Below are positions 25,783 to 37,684 of a DNA stretch of 64,000 nt, piece after piece. Position 1 is the stretch's first letter; each line of letters opens with the position of its first letter. A program made the translations under genes and the position numbers. Origin of the DNA: Octopus vulgaris. Lineage: Eukaryota. Under the pieces are notes generated by a model, which did no database searches, was not told the origin of the DNA, and worked only from the letters and a program-made list of their open reading frames with translations. The DNA lies in contig OX597835.1 in assembly GCA_951406725.2 (NCBI GenBank), forward strand, positions 23,002,001-23,066,000, in the 5' to 3' direction.

Positions 25783-26175
25783 CTGGTGCAGGAGTGGCTG
25801 TGTGGTAAGTAGCTTGCTAACCAACCACATGGTTCCGGGTTCAGTCCCACTGCGTGGCACCTTGGGCAAGTGTCTTCTGCTATAGCCCCGGGTCGACCAA
25901 TGCCTTGTGAGTGGATTTGGTAGACGAAAACTGAAAGAAGCCTGTCATATATATGTATGTATATATATATGTGTGTGTGCGTGTGTTTGTCCCCCTAGCA
26001 TTGCTTGACAACCGATGCTGGTGTGTTTACGTCCCCATCACTTAGCGGTTCGGCAAAAGAGACCGATAGAATAAGTACTGGGCTTACAAAGAATAAGTCC
26101 CGGGGTTGACTTGCTTGACTAAAGGCGGTGCTCCAGCATGGCCGCAGTCAAATGACTGAAAAGAGTAAAAGAGAG
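25783..26175 (+). mobile_element. SINE family A
   Basis: Full-length copy. Confidence 0.85.
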
Positions 26176-26302
26176 TTACTAATGATAAAGTGATTTTAAA
26201 TTCTTCCTTATTTTCAAAGTTAACTGAAAGAAATGCAGTTTATTTCAACAGGAATATGGAAAGAAATGGTTTAAAAGACAAAGTGAAGAAATAGGAAATT
26301 AC

Positions 26303-26466
26303 ATGGTATTTTCCATTTTTCATTTTCTTAATAACAGTTCCATTAGGTAACACCGTTCTCCGTTCTTCAAGGTAACAATGTTCGTTTCGTATCAGTTCAC
26401 AAGGTTGAAGTCCTTTGCTATTAAAGGGGAAACTCTGCCTCACAACCAGGTAATCATCGTTATTCA
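26303..26466 (-). CDS. SPAG17: SPAG17-like exon 14 (VNNDDYLVVRQSFP...GTVIKKMKNGKYH)
   Basis: ttgcag acceptor, gtaatt donor, phase 1 to 0; RQSxP...GTVxKxM motif. Confidence 0.92.
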
Positions 26467-26979
26467 CTGCAATAAGAAATAAACAAAGAAATACCTGAGT
26501 AACTTCAATCTTTTATCTTTTACTTGTTACAGGTCATGTGACCATGCTGTGGCCATGCTGGAGCATTGCCTTGAAGTATTTGGTCAAACAAACCAACCCC
26601 AGTACTAATTTTTAAAAAAAAGTTTGTTAGCTATTTTATCGGTCTCTTTGACAAACTACTGAGTCATAGGAATGTAAACAAACCAACCCCAGTTGTCAAA
26701 CAATGGTGGGTGACAAACAACATAAACACAAAGGCACACACAATGGGCTTCTTCACAGTTACTGTCAACCAAATTCTCTCACAAGGCATTGGTTGGCCCA
26801 GGGCTTATAGAAAAAAAGACACTTGCTCAAGGTACCACACAGTGGAACTGAACTAGAAAGTACATGGTTGTAAAGCAAGCTTCTTAACCACACAGCCATA
26901 AGCCAATAAGTGAATGTCTCTGCAGTTACTTGCTAAATACAGCAGCCAAGTCTCCCTCAAAAACAACAGCCCGTTGTCT

Positions 26980-27217
26980 TATCTATTTATCCGCTCAGTC
27001 AAGGTCGACTCTCGGTTACTCCATGGATCAGCGTCCTCCAGTCAGTTCTATCCTGGGCCGCTTCTTTCAGACTGGCTATGTCCATTCTGGTATCACTCTT
27101 GATGGTGTCAAGCCAGCGGGTTCTTGGTCGGCCTCTTCCTCTCTTGCCACTGACCATTCCGAGCACGATATCCTTCTCCAGGGATTTTCTCCTCATAATA
27201 TGACCAAAATATGCCAA
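26980..27217 (-). mobile_element. RTE/BovB-type LINE 3' end
   Basis: YFGHIMRRKSLEKDIVLG...GKRGRGRPRTRWLD...AAQDRTDWR. Confidence 0.85.
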
Positions 27218-27374
27218 TCTATGCTTGTCTTACAAGAATGTAAAACAGAGCATGATACATTATGCAGTTTGAGCTACATTGTGCCTGAAAACAGAACAGC
27301 ACAGTCACTACTAGAAATCCTCTGGCCACCGGGCTGCTCAATCAAGACTAATAGGAAGTTAAACAACAATACCC

Positions 27375-27588
27375 TTTTTACTCTTTTACTTGTTTCAGTC
27401 ATTTGACTGCGGCCATGCTGGAGCACCGCCTTTAGTCGAGCAAATCGACCCTGGGACTTATTCTTTGTAAGCCCAGTACTTATTCTATCGGTCTCTTTTT
27501 GCCGAACCGCTAAGTGACGGGGACGTAAACACACCAGCATCGGTTGTCAAGCAATGCTAGGGGGACAAACACAGACACACAAACACAC

Positions 27589-27621
<33 letters not shown>

Positions 27622-27791
27622 CATATATACGACAGGCTTCTTTCAGTTTCCGTCTACCGAATCCACTCACAAGGCATTGGACGGCCCGGGGCTATAGCAG
27701 AGGACACTTGCCCAAGATGCCACGCAGTGGGACTGAACCCAGAACCATGTGGTTGGTTAGCTAGCTACTCACCACACAGCCACTCCTGCGC
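27375..27791 (-). mobile_element. SINE family A
   Basis: Full-length copy. Confidence 0.85.
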
Positions 27792-28613
27792 CAATGATGA
27801 CAATATATTTAGAACAAAAAACCTGCACCTGTGATTCTATCACCAATGTATTCCATGGTATACAAGAACCTGCACTACATACTCCCCATATACAAACTCA
27901 ATGCTATGCAAAATATGCTGTCTTTGAGATAGCGTGTTCATACAAGCATTTCTGTTTGTTTTTACATCTGTTTTCATGTGCTAGCATGAGTTAGCTGAAT
28001 ATATCATTGAGGTATTGTTTTATAGCCAGATGCCCTTCTGGTCACTAACTCTTACCTGTTTTTCAAATAAAGGATCGTTTTTCTTCCCCATGTCATTGAA
28101 AGCTCAAATCCAGTGGAAGATTTGTGGATAGATAGAATAACAACAATGCCAGTGTTCGCATAAACACACATTGTGGTCATCCATACATACAGGCATATCT
28201 TTTGTGGTCATCCATACATACAGGCATGTCTTTTGCAGGTGCCAGTGCCACATAAAATGCACTCATGCCGGTGCCACATAGAATGCACTTGTGCCAGAGC
28301 TGCATCAACACACCCATGCTGGTGGCACATAAAATACTGCCCAGTGCACTCTGTAAAGTGGCTGGCATTAGGAAGGGCATCCAACCATAGAAACCATACC
28401 AAAGCAGACAACTGGACTCTGGACAGCTCCCTGGCTGGCCAGCTCCTGTCCAAACCATCCAACCCATGCCAGCATGGAAAACAGACATATGATGATACAA
28501 CACTGATGCATAAAATGTATACTACATTGAATGTGTAGTACATATAGATTATTAGCTGTGAATTTACAATTCAAAATCACAAATGAACTAGTGTTGAGGG
28601 TTTTTACACTTAC

Positions 28614-28737
28614 CGTTGGAATGTAGTACATCATAGTCAATTTTCAAACCATCTGGACAGGTTAAAAATAATGTAGGGAATGATCCAAACTGTGCATCTG
28701 TTTCTGAACCACATCTTTTGGAAAAACCTACGACCAT
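28614..28737 (-). CDS. SPAG17: SPAG17-like exon 13 (MVVGFSK...FPTLFLTCPDGLKIDY...)
   Basis: ttacag acceptor, G|gtaagt donor, phase 0 to 1; LxxxCPxGL motif. Confidence 0.9.
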
Positions 28738-29769
28738 CTGTAATATGTCCAAATTGAGTTCCTTATATTAGATATTTGTTAGTACCAATTTGCAACAGAA
28801 ACAAGAAATTAACAAGATACCCACAAACAAGATTTCAATATAATGTCACTAAATAAAGTGGCAAGCTGGCAGAATTGTTAGAATGCCAGGCAAAATGCTT
28901 ACTTAAGGTTTTAGGGTTAGGGTTGTCATAAATAACAGTGATAAACGAAATATACACTGCTGGAAGTTCTTGTTGACAAACAACAGCAGTAATTTTATTC
29001 AGCTGAATACACGTCATTGATTGGTTGAAATTACCAAAATAGGACTACAACTTTAATGTGAAATTACTTCGTAAATATAAGCTTTTCTCAAAAACGCTAA
29101 GAGTAAAAGATGTTTTATATGACACATTCTACCAGTGTCCGAAGTTTGAAAGTGTTTAGTTACAAAAAAATATTTTTAAAATCTGTCGGTCAAAAGGTAA
29201 AGATCCCTGTTTCTGTCTCACTGTCACACTCTAATCTTTCATCATCTGACACAAGATCATTTCCTCCAGTGCCCCCTCCCCTCTCAAAGCCTCTTTGTCT
29301 AGTGAAGTCACTTGGAGATCCCCACCAGTGCAAGTGCAACTTAAAAAGCACCCAGTCCACACTGTAAAGTGGTTGGCATTTGGAAAGGCATCCAGCTGTA
29401 AAAACCAAGCCAAAACTGACCTCGCCTGTGCTGGTGCCATGTAAAAAGCACTCGGCCCACTCTACGGAGTGGTTGGTGTTAGGAAGGGCATCCAGTCATA
29501 AAAAGCCCTGCCAAAACACACTCAAAAAGCATGGTGTAGTCTTCTGCCTAGCCAGCTTCTGTTAAACCATCCAACCCATGCCAGCATGGAAGGAGGCCAT
29601 TAAATGATGATGGACATAGTGGCTTGGCAAAAGTGACTGACAAAATTTAAAAATAAGTCCAGGGGGTCGATATGTTCAACTGAAACCCTTCAAAGATGGT
29701 GCTCCAGCATGGACTGAAACAAATAAAAGAGAAAATTAAACCATAGGAGTGTAAAAACTTTATGTTTAC

Positions 29770-29897
29770 ATCGCTTGATTGAAAGCGGTCCATGCTGAAT
29801 CTGGATCTCTTTCGGCTTCTTTCTTTAAAAAACGATTCACTTGACATGAACAGCTGGTCTTTTATGTCCTTCATGGATGAATTCTGATCAATTTTAC
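29770..29897 (-). CDS. SPAG17: SPAG17-like exon 12 (GKIDQNSSMKD...FQSSD)
   Basis: tttcgcag acceptor, GAT|gtaaac donor, phase 1 to 0. Confidence 0.78.
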
Positions 29898-30408
29898 CTG
29901 CGAAACCAAACAAACCCGTCACATTGTATAAGCATGGGTGACTTTATTTATAAATACATGTATTTAGTGACTTTGATATACATTTGATAAAGACATGAAT
30001 ATATATTTGTACATACATACATAGAGCTATTTCTACATATATACACTTACATAATTATGTACTCATAGGTCTATAGTTATGTGTATAAACACATACACAT
30101 GCAGGTTTAAACATACATATGTATGTATATTTATATATCCTATCCTTTTTCATTGTGCAGGCACATCGCTTGGTGTCAGGCTCACAATCATGAGGTAGTG
30201 AGTTTGATTTCTGGACCAGGCTGCATGTTGTGTTCTTGAGCAAGACACTTTATTTCACATTGCTCCAGTTCACTCAGCTGAAGAAATGAGATGCGATGTC
30301 ACTGGTGCCAAGCTGTATTGGCCCCTTTGCTTTCCCTTGGATAACATCAGTGGTGTGGAGAGGCGAGGCCAGTATGCATGGATGACTACTGGTCTCCCAT
30401 AAACAAAC

Positions 30409-30658
30409 TGTGGTGTGAACGATGAAAGAGGACAACAGAAAAAAGGAGAATGGAAATACAATCAGGCCTTACCTCGGCGAAGATTAGTTCAGATCCCTCT
30501 CAGCCAGCTCGATACGTCTGGTGCCTTCGTCATCTCGACTGCAACTGCTCGATCCCACACGTGCGTCGTCGCTCGCCGCTTCCGCTTCCTGCGGCGCATG
30601 CACCCTGCAAGCTCTACTTCCGCCCTCCCCTATCTGTCATCCTCTCACCAACACCACA
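30409..30658. mobile_element. Solo LTR, 250 bp, nested in a SINE
   Basis: TGTGGTGT...ACACCACA termini, 5-bp target-site duplication CAAAC (30404-30408 and 30659-30663), GC/CpG-rich interior. Confidence 0.8.
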
Positions 30659-30769
30659 CAAACCTTACCTGGACTTGTGCCTCAGAGGAGAACTTTCAAG
30701 GTGCAACCCCATGGTCATTCATGACTGGAGGGGTTCCTTAACCTTAAACTTTTCCATTGCGGGTAAATA

Positions 30770-31003
30770 ATGAATTGCAAGCTGAAGCAACACACCATTA
30801 TTGAGTTCTTGACAAAGGAGAGATGCAAGCAGTCCAACACCAGCAAATGGCAGCAGGCCGTTTACAGAGGTGATACTACCGACAAAAGCAAAGTACACAG
30901 ACAGATGAAGAAGAAGTTCAAAGAAACATCAGAGATAAACCACAGAATGAGACATCATCAACGGCACACACCGACACAAACCACCAGTGAAGGAATGAAA
31001 TAA
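30770..31003 (+). mobile_element. Mariner transposase N-terminal remnant
   Basis: KQHTIIEFLTKE...QAVYRG...DKSKVHR resembles the mariner HTH. Confidence 0.6.
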
Positions 31004-31057
31004 TTCATGAGGAACGACAAGTCAAATCTATGAACTTGCTACACTGTTGGACTTTAA

Positions 31058-31645
31058 AGGCGGCGAGCTGGCAGAAACGTTAGCATGTTGGGCGAAATGC
31101 GTAGCCGTATTTCGTCTGCCGTTACGTTCTGGGTTCAAATTCCGCCGAGGTCGACTTTGCCTTTCATCCTTTCAGGGTCGATAAATAAAGTACCAGTTAC
31201 GCACTGGGGTCGATATAATCGATTAATCCGTTTGTCCGTCCTTGTTTGTCCCCTCTGTGTTTAGCCCCTTGTGGGTGGGTAGTAAAGAAATAGGTATTTC
31301 TTCTGCCATTACGTTCTGAGTTCAAATTCCGCCGAGGTCGACTTTGCCTTTCATCCTTTCAGGGGTCGATAAATAAAGTACCAGTTACGCACTGGGGTCG
31401 ATATAATCGATTAATCCGTTTGTCTGTCTTTGTTTGTCCCCTCTGTGTTTAGCCCCTTGTGGGTGGGTAGTAAAGAAATAAGTATTTCATCTGCCGCTAC
31501 GTTCTGGGTTCAAATTCCGCCGAGGTCGACTTTGCCTTTCATCCTTTCAGGGGTCGATAAATAAAGTACCAGTTACGCACTGGGGGTCGATATAATCGAT
31601 TAATCCGTTTGTCTGTCCTTGTTTGTCCCCTCTGTGTTTAGCCCC
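31058..31645 (+). mobile_element. SINE family B with tandem triplication of its body
   Basis: One head followed by three ~185-bp bodies (about 31107, 31293, 31481). Confidence 0.85.
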
Positions 31646-31734
31646 TTGTGGGTAGTAAAGAAATATACACTGTTGGACTATGGATACAACCCATTACAGA
31701 AGACGTTGGATAACTTTGGGTATAGAAAAGTGCA

Positions 31735-31832
31735 CACACACACACACACGTATGTACACATACTGTGCCACACAAAGCTCTTACACACACACACACACGT
31801 ATGTACACATACTGTGCCACACAAAGCTCTCA

Positions 31833-31873
<41 letters not shown>

Positions 31874-32280
31874 ATGTACACATACTGTGCCACACAAAGC
31901 TCTCACACACACACACACACACATGTATGTACACATACTGTGCCACACAAAGCTCTCACACACACACACACACACATGTATGTACACATACTGTGCCACA
32001 CAAAGCTCTCACACACACACACACACACATGTATGTACACATACTGTGCCACACAAAGCTCTCACACACACACACACACACATGTATGTATGTACACATA
32101 CTGTGCCACACAAAGCTCTCTCACACACACACACACACACATGTATGTACACATACTGTGCCACACAAAGCTCTCACACACATACACACACACACACACA
32201 TGTATGTACACATACTGTGCCACACAAAGCTCTCACACACACACACACACACATGCACACACACACACACACACGTGCAC
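31735..32280. repeat. Compound minisatellite: gtatgtacacatactgtgccacacaaagctct plus (CA)n, about 9 copies
   Basis: Direct inspection. Confidence 0.9.
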
Positions 32281-32288
32281 ATACATAC

Positions 32289-32492
32289 CTGAGAAGTTTC
32301 TGAAGTAACCAGTCGGCCCAAACTGGCTGTACGCCAGGACCACTCCATCTGCTAGGGTTGCTGTAAATGAGCCGAACTCACTAAATATCGGCAGCTTCGT
32401 CGTCTCAGTCTCCTGTGTAATATTATCAGCGGCACAACTGCTCGGACTGGTAGTAATGGTCGGCTTATTTGCTGGTGATTGTACTGAAGAGG
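32289..32492 (-). CDS. SPAG17: SPAG17-like exon 11 (...EFGSFTATLADGVVLAYSQFGPTG...)
   Basis: tttcag acceptor, G|gtatgt donor, phase 1 to 1; FGSFxATL motif. Confidence 0.92.
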
Positions 32493-32544
32493 CTGAAATG
32501 AGACAAAGAGGCATGTTAAGATTCGTTTGTGTGTGTATATATAC

Positions 32545-33376
32545 TTTACTTTCACTTGTTTCAGTCATTTGACTGCGGCCATGCTGGAGCACCGCCTTTA
32601 GTCGAGCAAATCGACCCCGGCACTTATTCTTTGTAAGCCCAGTACTTATTCTATCGGTCTCTTTTTGCCGAACCGCTAAGTAACGGGGACATAAACACAC
32701 CAGCATCAGCTGTCAAACAATGCTAGGGGAACAAACACAGACACACAAACACACACAAGCATATATATATACATATATATACGACGGGCTTCTTTCAGTT
32801 TCCGTCTACCAAATCCACTCACAAGGCTTTGGTCGGCCCGAGGCTATAATAGAAGACACTTGCCCAAGTTGCCACGCAGTGGGACTGAACCCGGAACCAT
32901 GTGGTTGGTAAGCAAGTTACTTACCACACAGCCACTCCAGCACCTATATACTTTACTTTTACTTTACTTTCACTTGTTTTAGTCATTTGACTGTGGCCAG
33001 GCTGGAGCACCGCCTTTAGTCGAGCAAATCGACCCCGGGACTTATTCTTTGTAAGCCCAGTACTTATTCTATCGGTCTCTTCTGCCGAACCGCTAAGTGA
33101 CGGGGACATAAACACACCAGCATCAGTTGTCAAGCAATGCTAGGGCGACAAACACAGACACACAAACATATACACACATATACATATATATACATATATA
33201 CACATATATACGACAGGCTTCTTTCAGTTTCCGTCTACCAAATCCACTCACAAGGCTTTGGTTGGCCCGAGGCTATAGTAGAAGACACTTGCTCAACTAG
33301 CCACGCAGTGGGACTGAACCCGGAACCATGTGGTTGGTAAGCAAGCTACTTACCACACAGCCACTCCTGCGCCTAT
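32545..33376 (-). mobile_element. Two head-to-tail SINE family A copies
   Basis: Copies at about 32545-32945 and 32955-33376. Confidence 0.85.
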
Positions 33377-33554
33377 GCCACTCGAAATGTTATGTCACAT
33401 TTTGTATTAAAAAATAATCAACCAATGTGGTTCAATTTGTTTGTTGATCAAAAGCTTTCTCCATTTTCTGATTATTTAAATCATCCACATCATCATCATC
33501 ATCATCATTTAACGTCCGCTTTCCATGCTAGCATGGGTTGGACGGTTCAACAGA

Positions 33555-33788
33555 AGGCGGCGAGCTGGCAGAAACGTTAGCACGCCGGGCGAAATGCTTA
33601 GCGGTATTTCGTCTGCGTTACGTTGTGAGTTCAAATTCCGCCGAGGTCGACTTTGCCTTTCATCCTTTCGGGGTCGATAAATTAAGTACCAGTTACGAAC
33701 TGGAGTCGATGTAATTGACTTAATACCTATGTCTGTCCTTGTTTGTTCCCTCTGCGTTTAGCCCCTTGTGGGTAATAAAGAAATAGGT
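33555..33788 (+). mobile_element. SINE family B inserted in an RTE-type tail
   Basis: Flanked by ggttcaac duplication; host tail spans about 33490-34140. Confidence 0.8.
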
Positions 33789-34439
33789 TCAACTGGGGTC
33801 TGGAAAGCCAGGTGGCTGTGCTAGGCCCAGTCTGATCTGGCAGTGTTTCTACAGCTGGATGCCCTTCCTAACGCCAACAACTCCGAGAGTGTAGTGGGTG
33901 CATTTTATGTGCCACCTGCACAGGTGCCAGACGCGGCTGGCAAACGGCCACGATTGGATGGTGCTTTTTACATGCCACTGGCACGGGGGCCAGACGAGGC
34001 TGGCAACGGCCACAATTGGATGGTGCTTTTTACGTGCCACCTGCACGGAAGCCAGTTGGGGCGGCGCTGGCAACGGCCACGTTCGGACGGTTCTCTTACG
34101 TGCCACCGGCACTGGTATCTTAGCTACAATTTCCATTGATGTTGAGAGATTTCGATTTCAATTTTGATTTTCATTTTGATTTATATAAATATATAATCCG
34201 TCTTTGTATCTGGTTTGCAAGATTCTTTCTGTGAATTCGCGTGTTGAAACAAATTTTGGTGTGTCTGGGGAGACATCCTTTGTCAAGGTTGCAAAAGCAA
34301 TGAAAATTTTGGAAGACACAAAACAAAAAAAAAACAATAATAAAAGAGTGGAAATTGAACAGATGAGTGTGTTTGACTCTCCAGACACAACAATATATAT
34401 GTGTGTGTGTGTGTGCATGTGTGTATGTATATCTGCATG

Positions 34440-34475
<36 letters not shown>

Positions 34476-34832
34476 TGTGTGTCTATGTGTGTGTATGTGA
34501 GTATGTGTGGGTTTAGTTACGTGTGCATTCCTATGCGTGTGTAGGTGTGTGTGTTTGTGTACGTGTGCATGTGTGTGCAATGTGTGTGCATGTTGTATGT
34601 GTGTGAGGTATATGTGAAGTATATGTGCATGGATGTGTGTGCGCGTGGGTGTATGTGTATGTATGTGCATGTATGTATGTGCAAATGTACGTATGTGTGT
34701 ATGTGTGCGTGTATATAGAAATAAAATATAATAAATTATATTAAAAAAAAGGTTGATAGGGGATGAAGAAGTTAATACAATATAAAATGGCTAGATTTAT
34801 ATATCCTAAATTTGCAGAAGAATTTGTCGTTT

Positions 34833-34908
34833 GGGCAGTTTAGCTTAATAGTAAAGCACTACATGATGCGTAATCACAGGGATGTGAGTTCGAGTCACAT
34901 GGCTGACC
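34833..34908 (+). other. tRNA-derived head (SINE or pseudo-tRNA)
   Basis: A box tagcttaatagt, B box gttcgagtc, imperfect acceptor stem; anticodon arm not canonical. Confidence 0.45.
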
Positions 34909-34971
34909 GCTGACAGATTTTTCTGCAAAATATGGATAGTTTATCCTGCTCATACTATATTACTAGCATTA

Positions 34972-35378
34972 TACTCTTTTTACTTGTTTCAGTCATTTGA
35001 CTGCGGCCATGCTGGAGCACTGCCTTTAGTCGAGCAAATCGACCCCGGGACTTATTCTTTGTAAGCCCAGTACTTATTCTATCGGTCTCTTTTGCCGAAC
35101 CGCTAAGTTACGGGGACGTAAACACACCAGCATCGGTGGTCAAGCAATGCTAGGGGAACAAACACAGACACACAAACATATTCATACACACTTATATATA
35201 TATATACATATATACGACAGGCTTCTTTCAGTTTCCGTCTACCAAATCCACTCACAAGGCATTGGTCGGCCCGGGGCTGTAGCAGAAGACACGTGCCCAA
35301 GATGCCATGCAGTGGGACTGAACCCGGAACCATGTGGTTGGTTAGCAAGCTACTTACCAAACAGTCATTCCTGCGCCT
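34972..35378 (-). mobile_element. SINE family A
   Basis: Full-length copy. Confidence 0.85.
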
Positions 35379-35524
35379 ATTATCCTGTGTTTGAGAATAA
35401 AATTATTTCCTTATCCGTATCTTTTAATACATCTCAACGCTTCTAAAGCAAAGTTTGTTTGTTGACTTACATCCTAAGTTGAATTTAACGTACAAAAAAT
35501 ATTTCAACATACGCAGATACTTAC

Positions 35525-35665
35525 TAGAAGTTGTCACTGGATATTTACAAGTTGATGGGGGAGGCGGACACTCAGGTTCCAATGCTTCTACGTCAAGTGG
35601 ATTCAGGATGTGTACAGAGAAGACGTGACCATTCAGTAGAACTGAACATCTCACATTTTTGGCAC
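35525..35665 (-). CDS. SPAG17: SPAG17-like exon 10 (GAKNVRCSVLLNGHVFSVHILNP...)
   Basis: gacag acceptor, A|gtaagt donor, phase 1 to 1. Confidence 0.87.
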
Positions 35666-35686
35666 CTGTCATCATAAGAAATTCTT

Positions 35687-37684
35687 ACATGTATTCCTCC
35701 ATACAATGCACCAACAACATTTTAGAACAGCACACACAGTGCTACATTAAGCTATTATTCACATGTATTCCTCCATACAACGTACCAACAACATTTTAGA
35801 ACAGCACACACAGTGCTACATTAAGCTATTATTCACATGTATTCCTCCATACAACGCACCAACAACATTTTAAAACAGCACACACAGTGCTACATTAAAC
35901 TATTATTCACATGTATTCCTCTATACAACACACCAACAACATTTGAAAACAGCACACACAGTACTACATTAAACTATTATTCACATGTATTCCTCCATAC
36001 AACGCACCAACAACATTTTAGAATAGCACACACAGTGCTACATTAAACTATTATTCACATGTATTCCTCTATACAACACACCAACAACATTTGAAAACAG
36101 CACACACAGTACTACATTAAACTATTGTTCACAAGTATTCCTCCATACAAAGCACCAACAACATTTTAGAATAGCACACACAGTGCTACATTAAACTATT
36201 ATTCACATGTATTCCTCCATACAACGCACCAACAATATTTTAAAACAGCACACACAGTACTACATTAAACTATTATTCACATGTATTCCTCTATACAACA
36301 CACCAACAACATTTGAAAACAGCACACACAGTACTACATTAAACTATTATTCACATGTATTCCTCCATACAACGCACCAACAACATTTTAAAACAGCACA
36401 CACAGTGCTACATTAAGCTATTATTCACATGTATTCCTCCATACAATGCACCAACAACATTTTAAAACAGCACACACAGTGCTACATTAAACTATTATTC
36501 ACATGTATTCCTCCATACAATGCACCAACAACATTTTAAAACAGCACACACAGTGCTACATTAAACTATTATTCCCATGTATTCCTCCATACAATGCACC
36601 AACAACATTTTAAAACAGCACACACAGTGCTACATTAAGCTATTATTCACATGTATTCCTCCATACAATGCACCAACAACATTTTAAAACAGCACACACA
36701 GTGCTACATTAAACTATTATTCACATGTATTCCTCCATACAATGCACCAACAACATTTTAGAACAGCACACACAGTGCTACATTAAACTATTATTCCCAT
36801 GTATTCCTCCATACAATGCACCAACAACATTTTAAAACAGCACACACAGTACTACATTAAACTATTATTCACATGTATTCCTCCATACAACACACCAACA
36901 ACATTTGAAAACAGCACACACAGTGCTACATTAAACTATTATTCACATGTATTCCTCCATACAACGCACTATAACATTTTAGAACAGCACACACAGTGCT
37001 ACATTAAACTATTATTCACATGTATTCCTCCATACAACGCACCAACAACATTTTAAAACAGCACACACAGTACTACATTAAACTATTATTCCCATGTATT
37101 CCTCCATACAACGCACCAACAACATTTTAGAACAGCACACAGTGCTACATTAAACTATTATTCACATGTATTCCTCCATACAACGCACCAAAAACATTTT
37201 AAAACAGCACACACAGTACTACATTAAACTATTATTCCCATGTATTCCTCCATACAACGCACCAACAACATTTTAGAACAGCACACACAGTGCTACATTA
37301 AACTATTATTCACATGTATTCCTCCATACAATGCACCAACAACATTTTAAAACAGCACACACAGTGCTACATTAAACTATTATTCACATGTATTCCTCCA
37401 TACAATGCACCAACAACATTTTAAAACAGCACACACAGTGCTACATTAAACTATTATTCACATGTATTCCTCCATACAACGCACCAACAACATTTTAAAA
37501 CAGCACACACAGTGCTACATTAAACTATTATTCACATGTATTCCTCCATACAATGCACCAACAACATTTTAAAACAGCACACACAGTGCTACATTAAACT
37601 ATTATTCACATGTATTCCTCCATACAACGCACCAAAAACATTTTAGAACAGCACACACAGTGCTACATTAAACTATTATTCACA
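35687..37684. repeat. 74-bp minisatellite, about 27 copies
   Basis: Unit acatgtattcctccatacaaYgcaccaacaacattttaRaacagcacacacagtgctacattaaRctattattc. Confidence 0.95.

Noticed and set aside
28911-28924. TTAGGG telomere-like repeat
   Set aside because: Only about two units, embedded in repeat debris
31619-32308. Long H/T/Y/C-rich ORFs
   Set aside because: Translations of a CA-rich minisatellite
35687-37684. CRISPR-like appearance of the regular arrays (also 47037-47362 and 31735-32280)
   Set aside because: No unique spacers, no cas genes, eukaryotic context; these are plain tandem repeats
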